Of a stretch of DNA of 64,000 nt, positions 46,207 through 56,250 are shown piece after piece. Numbering within the stretch: position 1 is the first letter of the stretch; each line of letters opens with the position of its first letter. A model generated the notes under the pieces. That model was not told where the DNA came from, ran no database searches, and saw only the letters and a list, made by a program, of their open reading frames with translations. Made by a program: the position numbers and the translations under genes. This stretch comes from an uncultured Gammaproteobacteria bacterium (lineage in GTDB: Bacteria; Pseudomonadota; Gammaproteobacteria; Pseudomonadales; Azotimanducaceae), in assembly GCA_963822125.1 (NCBI GenBank), contig CAWGGQ010000017.1:14357-78356 (forward strand), written 5' to 3'.

Positions 46207-46884
46207 ACTGGAGCGACGTCGGCGCGCGCCTCGATGCAGAGGGTTGCGCGGTGCTGCCGGGGCTGTTGACGGGTGCGGAGTGCGCAGCGGTGCGCGAGAG
46301 TTACGCGACCGATGCGCTCTTCCGCAAACGCATCGTGATGGAGCGGCACGGCTACGGTCGCGGCGAGTACGGCTACTTCGCGTATCCGTTGCCGGAACGT
46401 GTGGCGCAATTGCGCACCTCGCTGTATGCGCCGCTCGCCGACATCGCGAACCGCTGGAACGAAGCGATGAAGGTGGAAACGCGTTATCCCGGCCGAGCAC
46501 GCCGCATTTCTCGCGCGCTGTCACGACGCGGGTCAGACGCGGCCGACACCGCTCGTGCTGAAGTACGGCGAAGGCGACTACAACTGCCTGCATCAGGATC
46601 TCTACGGCGATCACTTCTTCCCGTTGCAGGTAGCGGTGCTGTTGTCGGAACCCGCGCGGGATTTCACCGGCGGCGAGTTCGTGCTCACCGAACAGCGGCC
46701 GCGCATGCAGTCGCGTGTGGAAGTGGTGCCGCTGCAGCGCGGCGATGCGGTGGTGTTCCCGGTGCAGCGACGTCCGGTGCGTGGCACGCGCGGCGTATAT
46801 CGTGTGACACTGCGTCACGGTGTGAGCCGGGTCAGGTCCGGTAGCCGTTTCACGCTGGGGATCATCTTTCACGACGCGCGTTGA
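46203..46884 (+). pseudogene. 2OG-Fe(II) oxygenase (prolyl-hydroxylase-like, not AlkB); frame change near 46488
   Basis: GTGA overlap with the ada stop. [17 protein letters not shown] (HxD) and RHGVSRV (distal His) are in the second frame. Confidence 0.7.
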
Positions 46885-46902
46885 GCCGAGCGTGCAGGAG
46901 CC

Positions 46903-47571
46903 ATGTCGAGAGCTCGCCACGCACTGATCGCCGTCATGTTCGCCGTGGTGAGCGGCGGCTATGACGCGGCCCATGCGGATGCGACCGGCAGCGTCGCAGG
47001 CACCGTGGCGCTCGGTGATGTAAAGCCCGTTCCGCTGCCGCCGGGATATAAAGCGCGCACGAAGAAACCGATCGCCGATCCCGATGCGCCTCGCGCCATC
47101 GTGTATCTCGAGCGCGACGACGGTGTGTATCCGCCGCCTGAGCAAGCGTCCGTGGCCGACATCGGTCAGCAGGGTTATCAGTTCAGGCCCGGCGTGATGG
47201 CGGTGCGCACCGGCACGCAGGTGGCGTTCCCGAATCACGACGACGAATTCCACAACGTGTTTTCGTATTCGCGTGCGAAACGTTTCGATCTCGGCCGCTT
47301 CCGTAAGGACGAGCAGAGTCCGCTGATCACGTTCGATCAACCCGGGCTCGTGAAGATCTACTGTGAAATTCACAAGCACATGCGCAGCCTGCTGCTGGTG
47401 CTCGACACGCCGTGGTTCGTAGAAACGGATAGCGGGGGACGCTTTCAGATCGAACGTATTCCGCCGGGCACCTATCGCCTGCGCGCGTTCCTGCCCACGG
47501 AGGAGACGCTCGATTCGCAGGTGACCGTAGTTGCAGGGCAGACCACCCAGACCACATTGCCGGTGCCCTGA
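46903..47571 (+). CDS. Cupredoxin-like (MauL-type 'methylamine utilization protein'-like) periplasmic protein
   Basis: Signal peptide. Contains VAFPNHDDEFHNVFS and KIYCEIHKHM (copper-site-like), then a C-terminal beta-sandwich GGRFQIERIPPGTYRL. Confidence 0.65.
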   Translation: MSRARHALIAVMFAVVSGGYDAAHADATGSVAGTVALGDVKPVPLPPGYKARTKKPIADPDAPRAIVYLERDDGVYPPPEQASVADIGQQGYQFRPGVMAVRTGTQVAFPNHDDEFHNVFSYSRAKRFDLGRFRKDEQSPLITFDQPGLVKIYCEIHKHMRSLLLVLDTPWFVETDSGGRFQIERIPPGTYRLRAFLPTEETLDSQVTVVAGQTTQTTLPVP

Positions 47572-47585
47572 CTTTGCAAACGAAG

Positions 47586-49283
47586 ATGACTTTTCGAACG
47601 AAGTTGCTGCAGGCGATTCTCGCCGTAGTTGCGGCAAGCACCGCCGCGAGTCTGTTCGTTGCGCAGCGACAGAGCAGCGAATCGTACGACGCGCTGGTGG
47701 ACGAGTTGTTCCGCAGCCAGGCAACGGCGTTCGAGCGCGAACATGAAATGCGTCTCGAAGTGGCGGCCGGGGAAATCGAACGGCTGGCGATGTCGGTGCG
47801 GTTGTTCGCTGCACTCGAAGAGAACGATCCCGAAGTTTACAAAGTGGCCGGCGACGAATTGCGCCAGGGCGAGTTCGCCTTCTTCCGCTTGTTGGATGCA
47901 CACGGCAACGTCATTCCACCGCCCGCGGACGGAAGAGCCGGTGCGTTCGATCCCGCGAACGTGCGCGGCGTGCTGGTTCCGCAGGGTCCCGTCGCCAACG
48001 ACCCCACGAAGGTGCAGGTGGGTTTCATCGAGATGCTGCGCGGCACCCAGCCTTCGGTTGCATATCGCATCATGTCTACGCCGATCTCGAACTTCGACAC
48101 CACGGTGGGCACGCTGATTCTGGGCCAGCGCATCAGGCGGCTGGGTACCGAATCGGATCAGCCGAACGAAGGTCTGCATTCGGCGTTGTGGATAGACGGA
48201 CGGCTGGTGGGCGGCGACGTGCCCGCCGCGTTGCACGATGCGCTTGCCGTGGCGCTGGACGCGTCGCACCCCGATGCATCGGTTGGCGATGAGCTGAGGG
48301 CAGAGGGCAGGAACTACCGGTTCGACCGGTTCCGGCTGAACGAAGGGTCGCCGTATCCGCCGGTGGATCTCGTGTCCGTGTTCCCTACCGGCGGCTTCGA
48401 AGCACAGCAGCGCAATCTGGCAATGCGTATTGCAGCTACGGGTGCCGCCGCGCTGGTGATTGCCGCGTTGGTAGGGCTCGCACTCTCGCGACAACTCGCA
48501 CAGCCGCTCGCGGCGCTGGTTGCCGCGACACGACGCATCCGTCGGGGCGACTACGATCTCGCGTTACCGCCGTCGTCCACGCGCGAGATAGACACACTCT
48601 CCGCGTCGTTCAACGACATGGCTGCGGGACTCGCGCTGAAAGATCGGTATCAGGCGGTGTTGCATCAGGTGACCGATCCCACCGTCGCCGATGAGCTGAT
48701 CGCGGGCCGCATCAAGCTCGGCGGCGAGTTGCGCGACATGACGGTGATGTTCTGCGACATTCGCGATTACACGCCGATGACTGTCGGGCGAGCGCCGGAA
48801 GAAGTGATCGAGATTCTGAATCATCACATGGGCGCCATGACGCGCATCGTTCAAGCGCACAAGGGCGTCATCAATCAGTTCGCCGGCGATGCCGTCATGG
48901 CGTTGTTCGGCGCACCGCAGAGTTACGGCGACGATGCAGAACGCGCGGTGCGGTGCGCCCGAGCAATGATGTTGGAGCGCGAACGCATGAACGTCGATGC
49001 CGTGCATACGCTGCGCATCGGCGTTGGCATTGCATCGGGACCGATGGTGGCCGGTTGCATCGGCGAAGAAAGCCGCAGCGACTACACGGTGGTGGGCGAA
49101 CGGGTGGTGCTCGGCGCGCGTATCGCAGCGGTGGCGGCGCCGGGACAAATTCTCGTCGACGACGCAACGCGCGCTCGTGTCGGCAGCGCGTTCGTTTCGC
49201 AGGCGCTGGCACCGCTGCACCTGAAGGGTTTTGCCGAGCCGGTGGTTGCGTTTGCGATCACGGCGGAAGGGGCGGCGCAGTGA
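47586..49283 (+). CDS. Class III adenylate/guanylate cyclase with periplasmic sensor region and HAMP domain
   Basis: TM helix, about 270 aa of extracytoplasmic region, second TM helix, HAMP (SRQLAQPLAALVAATRRIRRGDYD), then a cyclase domain (MFCDIRDYT, GDAVMALFG). Confidence 0.85.
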   Translation: MTFRTKLLQAILAVVAASTAASLFVAQRQSSESYDALVDELFRSQATAFEREHEMRLEVAAGEIERLAMSVRLFAALEENDPEVYKVAGDELRQGEFAFFRLLDAHGNVIPPPADGRAGAFDPANVRGVLVPQGPVANDPTKVQVGFIEMLRGTQPSVAYRIMSTPISNFDTTVGTLILGQRIRRLGTESDQPNEGLHSALWIDGRLVGGDVPAALHDALAVALDASHPDASVGDELRAEGRNYRFDRFRLNEGSPYPPVDLVSVFPTGGFEAQQRNLAMRIAATGAAALVIAALVGLALSRQLAQPLAALVAATRRIRRGDYDLALPPSSTREIDTLSASFNDMAAGLALKDRYQAVLHQVTDPTVADELIAGRIKLGGELRDMTVMFCDIRDYTPMTVGRAPEEVIEILNHHMGAMTRIVQAHKGVINQFAGDAVMALFGAPQSYGDDAERAVRCARAMMLERERMNVDAVHTLRIGVGIASGPMVAGCIGEESRSDYTVVGERVVLGARIAAVAAPGQILVDDATRARVGSAFVSQALAPLHLKGFAEPVVAFAITAEGAAQ

Positions 49284-49294
49284 CGAAGCGAGCC

Positions 49295-50525
49295 ATGCGT
49301 GTTCGGACATTGCGCGCGTTGCTCGTTGCCGCGTGTCTGATATGCGGAGCGCGCGCTGCGTTTGCGCAGGACGTACTCGACGACATCGATCGCAAACTCG
49401 CCTACGCGTCCGACGACGGCACATGGGTGGTGGATCTGTCGCTGATGTCCGACGTTACGTTCTATGCGCAGGATGCGCCGGCGCAAGGCCTGCTGTTCTC
49501 CGACAACGACGAATACGTGGCGCCGCGCGTAGCGGCGTTCCTCGACGTGGGCTACGCCGAGTGGCTCGTGTTGCACGCGCAGGTAGCGGCCGATCGCGGC
49601 TTCGATCCCGGTGAGGCGAGCAGCGGCGACGCACGCATCGACGAGTTGTTCGTCGATGTACACGTGACCGACGCAGGGCGGTTGAGCCTGCGCGTCGGCA
49701 AGTTCGCGTCGTCGTTCGGCGGCTGGATCGCGCGTCATCTCGCGTGGGACAACCCGATGATCACCGCGCCGCTCATCTATGAAGACGTGTTGCCGATGAC
49801 CGACCGCACCGCGCCGTTGAACGACACGGCGTTTGCGTCGCGGCGCAACACCGTCGACAAGCAGCGCGACTGGGTGCCGATCGTCTGGGGGCCGTCGTAC
49901 ACGAGCGGTGCTTCGCTGTCGGCCGGCACCGATACGGTGGATGCGACGGTGGAAGTGAAGAACGCGGCGTTGTCGTCGCGCCCCGAGACGTGGGACATGT
50001 TTGCGGGCGGTTATGAGACCGATCCGAGCGTGACCGGTCACGTGCGTTGGCATCCGGCGGAGGCATGGTGGTTCGGCGGATCCGGCGAGCCAAGGACCTT
50101 ACCTGCAGGACGACGCAAAACCGACGCTGCCCGCCGGTAAAGACATCGGCGATTACGATCAGACGACGTTCGGCCTCGATGCATCGTACGAGCATCGCCG
50201 CCTGCAGCTGTGGGCCGAGTTGGTGCACGTGAAGTTCGACACGCCCGTGGTGGGCGACGTGGAGGGGTTGTCAGGATTCGTCGAAGCGCGCTACAAGGCG
50301 ACCGCGCAGGTGTGGGTGGGCGCGCGCTGGAACCAGTCATGGTTCGACGACGCGCCGGGTACGAACGTGTCGTGGAATCGCGACATGCGAAGACTCGATC
50401 TGGCGCTGGGTTATCGACACACTTCGCATCTCGAAGTGAAGGCGCAGTACAGTTTCTCGGACCAGGCCGGGCGGGAAATCGACGGCGAACGTCTGTTCGC
50501 GGCACAGTTCGTGCTCTGGCTATAG
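49295..50525 (+). pseudogene. Predicted outer-membrane beta-barrel protein; frame change near 50078
   Basis: Signal peptide with ..AAFAQD. Alternating beta-strand pattern and a C-terminal aromatic end (QFVLWL). The two halves lie in frames 2 and 0. Confidence 0.45.
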
Positions 50526-50579
50526 TCGATTGCTGTAGCTCAGGCTCGTACTAGCTCGTACGCATATAGAGGCACACAC

Positions 50580-51225
50580 ATGGTCTCGGCACAGGAAGCA
50601 CTCGAACGGTTGCGCGAAGGCAACCGGCGTTTCGCCGCGAACGTCGAAGGCGCGCGACGCTCGCGGCGACGCACCCGCGGCGCGACGCGTTGCCGACAGG
50701 ACCAGATGCCGTTCGCGATCATGCTCGGCTGTTCGGATGCGCGGGTGCCTGCGGAGATCGTGTTCGATCAGGGGCTCGGCGATCTGTTCGTGATTCGCGT
50801 CGCCGGCAACATCGTCGCGCCGTCGCAGGTCGGCAGCGTCGAGTTCGCGGCGGAGCGGTTCGGCACACGGCTCGTCGTCGTGCTCGGGACATTCGCAGTG
50901 CGGCGCGATTCTCGCGACGCTCGAACAACTGCAGCAGCCTGCGGAGAATCAGTCGCGCAACCTGAGTTCGATCGTGGACCGCATCCGCCCGTCGGTGGAA
51001 GTGCTGATGCGCACCGAACTGCGCAACGACATGAACGTGCTGGTCAAACACGCGGTGCGCGCGAACGTCGGCGCGTCCGTGGATCATCTGCGGCACGGCT
51101 CCGAGGTGCTCGAACAGCTGATCCTCAACGAGGGACTGCGCATCGTCGGCGCCGAATATTCGCTGGAAACCGGCGTCGTCGAGTTCTTCGATTACATCAA
51201 CGCAGCCGCCGAGGAAGAACAATGA
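50580..51225 (+). pseudogene. Beta-class carbonic anhydrase; frame change near 50888
   Basis: GCSDARVPAEIVFDQGLGDLFVIRVAGN and LVVVLG are in frame 0. HSQCGAILA.. through the C-terminus is in the next frame. Confidence 0.8.
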
Positions 51226-51957
51226 CGATCACGAACGCGCAATCCGGTACGAACGTCCACGAAATCGCCGACGGGATCTACCGGATCAACACGCCGGTTG
51301 CGATCGCCGGGCTCGGCGGCTTCTCGTTCAATCAGTACCTGATCGTCGACGACGAGCCGCTGCTGTTTCACACCGGTCCGCGCAGGATGTTCCCGCTGGT
51401 GCGCGAAGCGGTCGCCAGCGTGATGCCGATGCAGCGGCTGCGGTACGTCGGCGTTCTCGCACGTCGAAGCCGACGAATGCGGATCGCTCAACGAGTGGCT
51501 CGCGGTGGCGCCGCAAGCGGCAGCCGCTGTGCGGCGACATCGCCGCGATGACGTCGATCGACGATCTGGCCGATCGTGCGCCGCGCGCAATCGCGGACGG
51601 CGAGCTGCTGTCGCTCGGCAAACACACGCGTGCGCTGGTTCGACACGCCGCATCTGCCGCACGCGTGGGAATGCGGGTTCCTGATGGAAGAGCGCACGCG
51701 GACGTTGTTGTGCGGCGATCTGTTCACGCAGCCCGGCGCGGACCATCCGCCGCGTCACCGAATCCGACATCCTCGGGCCGAGCGAAGCGTTCCGGCAGCA
51801 GCTCGACTACTTCTCGCATACCAAGGAAGCGCGCGGCGCATGCTCGAGCGCCTGGCGCTCGCGCAGCCCGACGTTGCTCGCGTGCATGCACGGCAGTGCG
51901 TGGCGCGGCGACGGTGCGGCGTTGTTGCGCGCGCTCGCGGACGAAGTATCCGTTTAG
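51222..51957 (+). pseudogene. MBL-fold metallo-hydrolase-like gene with about 6 frame changes
   Basis: Segments read in turn from different frames: GIYRINTP..FNQYLIVDDEPLLFHTG; [16 protein letters not shown]; [16 protein letters not shown]; [31 protein letters not shown]; VTESDILGPSEAFRQQLDYF; LLACMHGSAWRGDG. Confidence 0.6.
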
Positions 51958-51983
51958 AGGCGCGGCCGCATGACCACCCTGCG

Positions 51984-52604
51984 TTGATCGGTTTGGGCGT
52001 GGTCGGAGCGTTGGCGATGGTGGGCATTGCGTGGCGGCTCGCATCGCGGCGGCAATCGCTGCCGTGTCCTGTGTGGTTGCGCTGGTTCGTCGAACTCGAC
52101 AATCCGTTCACGTCCACGAATCGTTCGAACGTCATCGTTGCGCAACTCGACAACATCCTGGCATGCGTGTGCTCGAGGTCGGTTGCGGACCGGGCCGCGT
52201 CACTGTTCCGCTTGCGCAGGCAGTTGCGCCCGACGGCGAGGTAGTGGCCATCGACGTGCAACAGGGCATGCTCGATCGTGCGAAGCAGCGCGCCGATACA
52301 GCGAACGTTCGTAACATTCGATTCCTGCAGACAGCACGTCGGTGAAGGTTCGCTCGATGTGGAGCCGGCCGACCGCGCAATTCTCGTAACGGTGCTGGGC
52401 GAGATTCCGGATCGAGAAGCGGCGTTAAAAGCGATCTTCGATGTGCTGAAGCCGGGCGGAATTCTGTCGGTAACGGAGATCGTCTTCGACCCGCACTTCC
52501 AGAGACGCTCAACGGCAACACGGTTCGCGCTCGCGGCAGGATTCGGGGAGAAGGCGTTTTTCGGCAATCGCATCGCGTACACGCTGCACTTCGACAAACC
52601 CTGA
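51984..52604 (+). pseudogene. Class I SAM-dependent methyltransferase with N-terminal TM helix; about 2 frame changes (about 52155 and 52335)
   Basis: WLRWFVELDNPF in one frame, PGMRVLEVGCGPGRVT (SAM motif I) in another, and FDVLKPGGILSVTE in a third. Confidence 0.7.
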
Positions 52605-52696
52605 CGAGATGGCTGAGTGGAGGCGTCGGTCGTTTTCATGGCGGTGCGGCGTCCTTCTGCGCATCGATCGGACCGCCTGAGCACGTGAACTCGCTG

Positions 52697-53398
52697 GCGC
52701 GTTGGACCATGGCCCCAATCAATCTAGGAAGAGTGTTGATGGGGTTGGTGTTGCGGGTGAAGGGCGTGGTCGATTGGGTGGAACGGGCTTGGTTTATCAA
52801 TGAGGGAGTGGTGGTGTGATGAGCGGGCGGTGTTGTGGGAGATGTCGCGCGGGTTGAGCCGGTGCCGAGGGTCGCGGCGGCGATGACGGGCGGTCGCAAT
52901 GGCGGGTAGTCGCGATGGCAGCGCAGTCGCCGCGATGACGATGGCGGTGTAGTCGCGCGATTGGACCATCGCCCCAATCAATGTGCTCATCCGATGAAGC
53001 GAGTCCGGTTCTCTGCGCAACCCGAACCGGTCGCTGCCGGCCGCATTCACTCGATGTCATCAACGCGACACCCGCATTGAATTGGGCGATGGTTCAAATG
53101 CGGCTGCCAGCCAACGGTGCAACCGACGCGACACGTCAATGTGACGACGGCGCTGATCGCATCACCGTCCCCTTCATTGTCAAACCGAGTCCGTTCGAAC
53201 AAATCGATCCGGCCTGGTTCTCCGGTTTTCCCACTGCGTAGTCGTTGTGTTGATTGATAGGGGCGATGTCGCGTGCGGCGCGCTGGATCGATGCGCGAAC
53301 AACTGTCGGAGATGCGTGGAGAGCCGTACGAGATCTCGCACCGACATGTGGGGTCGTTACCCGGCATCGGCACTTGCACCATGGCCCTAATCTTTGAT
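52697..53398. repeat. Five REP-like copies of a (T)TGGACCATSGCCCCAATCAAT-type motif, three direct and two inverted
   Basis: Direct copies are at 52697-52725, 52956-52984 and 53371-53398 (diverged). Inverted copies are at 53076-53103 (ATTGGGCGATGGTTCAA) and 53249-53277 (GATTGATAGGGGCGATGTCGCG). Confidence 0.7.
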
Positions 53399-53400
53399 CC

Positions 53401-54118
53401 ATGGCGCGATCAACAAACAGGAAGAGACCCGAACAACTCACACTCGATTCAGTGCGTTATCACTCGGGTCGCGGCGGACCACGTCATGGCGCCGGTCGGC
53501 CGCGCGGGATACGACCGCGGGTCATGCACCGGTATCGAGAGCGCATCCTTGCCCGCGTTCCGGTCCATGTGACGATCCGCTTGAGACGCGGCATACCGAC
53601 CTTGCGCCAACCGCGCTTCGTGCGACGGTTCCGCTCCTCCTTGAGCGAAGCCTGCGTCCGCCACGGCTTCCGGGTGGTGCACTACTCGATCCAGCGCGAT
53701 CACGTGCATCTCCTGATCGAAGCGCAAACCAATTACTCGATCGCCTGCGGGATGAAGAGCGTCGGCGCCCGAATCGGCAAGCTCACCAACCGGCTCTTCG
53801 AGCGCAAGGGCAAAGTTCTCGATGGCCGCTATCACCTGCGCCCGCTACGCACGCCGCTCGAAGTCCACCGTGCACTGCGCTATGTGCTGCTCAATCACCG
53901 GCATCACGCCGCGCAGCGGCGCAAAGCCAGACACTCAATCGAGCCACGTCAGAGCCCAACCCGATCCCGCCAGTTCAGGCCGCTGGTTCGACGGCTGGCG
54001 CATCGCCACCGCCCCTCCAAACCCGAAAGACACCCGCGAAGTCGCCCCTGCACGAACCTGGCTATTGCAAACCGGCTGGCGCCGCCACGGACTCATCCAT
54101 CCGGCGGAGATTCCGTAG
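53401..54118 (+). pseudogene. REP-associated tyrosine transposase (RAYT, IS200/IS605 Y1 family); frame change near 53905-53960
   Basis: HUH motif RDHVHLLIEA and catalytic Tyr region ALRYVLLNH are in frame 1. The family-typical C-terminus DPASSGRWFDGW..VAPARTWLLQTGWRRHGLI is in frame 2. Confidence 0.8.
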
Positions 54119-54207
54119 AGGAGACTTCAGCGAATCATGCATGTCCGTAACACGATACGAGGCAAACGCCTCGCACCGTGTCTTCCGCAGACTTTACTCA
54201 GACTCAC

Positions 54208-55244
54208 TCAGCGCTTGTTCTGCGCACCATCATCGCCGTCAGCTGCCGCGCCCGCCATGAAGTCGTGCGGATACGGCAGGTGCGGTTCGCTCGACCGCGT
54301 CGATCCGCTCACGGCGTCGTCGGGCAGCGTGACGTCGAGCGCGGCGAGGTTGTCCTTCAGCTGCTGCACGTTCTTCGGCCCGATGATCGGCGCGACGATG
54401 CCCGGACGCGCGAGGTTCCATGCGAGCGCGAGCGCGATCGGCGAAACATCGAGCTTGCCGGCTTCGTCGTGCACCAGCCGTCACGATCGCGTGATTGCGC
54501 TCGTTCAGCGCCCGCGTGCGCCACACGCGCTGGAACGGGCCGGGCGCGGCGAAACGGGTGCCTTCCTTCGGCTCTTCGCCCGCCTTGTATTTGCCGGTCA
54601 GCATGCCGCCGCCGAGCGGGCTCCACGGAATCACGCCGAGGCCGAACTTCCGGCACGCCGGCAGAATCTCCACCTCGATGTCGCGCGTCAGAATGCTGTA
54701 TTGCGGCTGCAGGCTGACGAGCGGTTCCCAGCCTTTCGCCGCGATGATCATGCAGGCTTCGGTGATCTGCGATGCGGTCCAGTTCGATACGCCGAGGTAG
54801 CGCACTTTGCCCTGGCGGACGAGATCGTTCAGCGTGCTCAGCGTTTCTTCGAGCGGCGTGGTCTCGTCGTAGCGGTGCATCTGATAGAGATCGATGTAGT
54901 CGGTGTCGAGCCGGCGCAGGCTGTCGTCGCACGCTTTCAGCACGTGTTTGCGGCTCGACCCGAATCGAACGGACCGCGCCGAGCGGCGACGACGCTTTCG
55001 TCGCGATCACGACGCGATCGCGGCGGCCTTTCACGGCCTTGCCGACGATCGTTTCCGACTTGGTACCCGAGTAGACGTTCGCGGTATCGATGAAGTTGTG
55101 CCCGGCGTCGAGATACGCGTGGATGATCGCGATCGACGACTTCTCGTCGCAGCCGAACTGATCGTTGCCGAAGTTCATCGCGCCGAGGCACAGCGGCGAT
55201 ACTTTCAGGCCCGAACGGCCGAGCGTGCGCAAACCCTGAGCCAT
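54208..55244 (-). pseudogene. Aldo/keto reductase; about 2 frame changes (about 54950 and 54480)
   Basis: LGRSGLKVSPLCLGAMNFG..IDTANVYS, then DYIDLYQMHR..GKVRYLGVSNW..LQPQYS, then IALAWNLARPGIVAPIIGPKNVQQLKDNL, in three frames. Confidence 0.8.
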
Positions 55245-55357
55245 GATCGTTCTCCTTCGAATCTCGATGCAGTGGGCGGGCGATCATACTGCGAATGAGG
55301 CCGGTGGCGCGGAGGTGCTTGCGACCGGATCGGCTGCGCTCGGAAGCGTTTCGGCTG

Positions 55358-55996
55358 CTATGTCGGGCGAGGGAGTGAAGATCTGCCGAGCGGCCACTGA
55401 ACACTCGCGCGCGTTCGACTTTTCGCGAGCCATGCAATGGTCATAACGAAAGACATCGCAACGAAGTGACATAGATACATCGACAGGCCGCGGCTGTCTG
55501 CGAAAGCTCGCGTGTAGCTCCAACCCAGGACGTCCGACAGTGGAATAGCCACCGCCATTGAGATGGACGCGGCGATCACACGCGGCACGGTTGGAGTTGC
55601 CACGAGCGTGGCACCCAACAAACCGCCGAACAGCATTCCGATGTGCATGCCCGGCGCGACGGTAGTCATCAGGCGAACAGTTCCGACCACGCTTTCGTTC
55701 GCTGCGCACCAGCTCGACAGAATCACGAGAGCAAACGGCCCGAAGTCGAACGCAAGTCCGATGAGCATTCCGAGTTGAGCGCCGAGCACCATGGCGGCGC
55801 CCTGGCTCAGGCCGGCTGCGCGCAAACCAAGTCGTTCGAACGCGAGCCACGCGCCGATTCCACACAGCGATGCAGTCAGGAAGATGCCGGGGGCCAGCGC
55901 ATACCCGGCCGAACTCGACGCTACGACGATGTTGGTCGTCACCAGCGCGGACAACGGCAATGTTCGGCGAACAATATCGAGCGACGATCGACGCAT
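55358..55996 (-). CDS. Hypothetical integral membrane protein (212 aa)
   Basis: Five or six hydrophobic segments. No family recognised, and the C-terminal 25 aa may be out of frame. Confidence 0.4.
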   Translation of the reverse strand: MRRSSLDIVRRTLPLSALVTTNIVVASSSAGYALAPGIFLTASLCGIGAWLAFERLGLRAAGLSQGAAMVLGAQLGMLIGLAFDFGPFALVILSSWCAANESVVGTVRLMTTVAPGMHIGMLFGGLLGATLVATPTVPRVIAASISMAVAIPLSDVLGWSYTRAFADSRGLSMYLCHFVAMSFVMTIAWLAKSRTRASVQWPLGRSSLPRPT

Positions 55997-56250
55997 AGCT
56001 CATGCTATCGCAGCGCGTCGTATCGCCGTATACGGGTTGTCCGCACATACGGCGCAATGCTGATCGTGAAGTCGGCAGCGCTCGAGCCGTTCCCGGTGCA
56101 TACGCCATTTCCTGCGCGCCTGAGGTACGTCGTTAGGACGCGACGTCATTTACGATTGCGCCACGTGCGACAAATTGCCGCACGTCCTCGACCGAATCGA
56201 TCGGTACACTGCGCCACGAATTTTTCTGGTGCAGTTCGAGGAGAACGGGC

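Larger units (their letters stand above)
52697..54118 (+). mobile_element. REP-RAYT locus: REP-like repeat cluster plus Y1 (HUH) transposase gene
   Basis: Five copies of a roughly 25-nt motif lie immediately 5' of an IS200/IS605-like Y1 transposase ORF. See the two component features. Confidence 0.65.

Noticed and set aside
45487-47901. 804-aa minus-strand ORF, with similar long antisense ORFs at 13833-15218 (-), 12902-14599 (+), 5797-6969 (-), 9511-10797 (-), 17564-18802 (-), 37642-38676 (-) and 59441-60643 (-)
   Set aside because: Their translations are Arg/Ala/Pro/Gly-rich with no recognisable motifs. They lie opposite genes with clear family signatures. These are typical shadow ORFs of GC-rich DNA.
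52810-52960. GTCGCGATGGC-like degenerate tandem pattern as a minisatellite or small-RNA array
   Set aside because: The copies are too irregular in length and sequence to define a unit by eye. I treat it as low-complexity spacer within the REP cluster.
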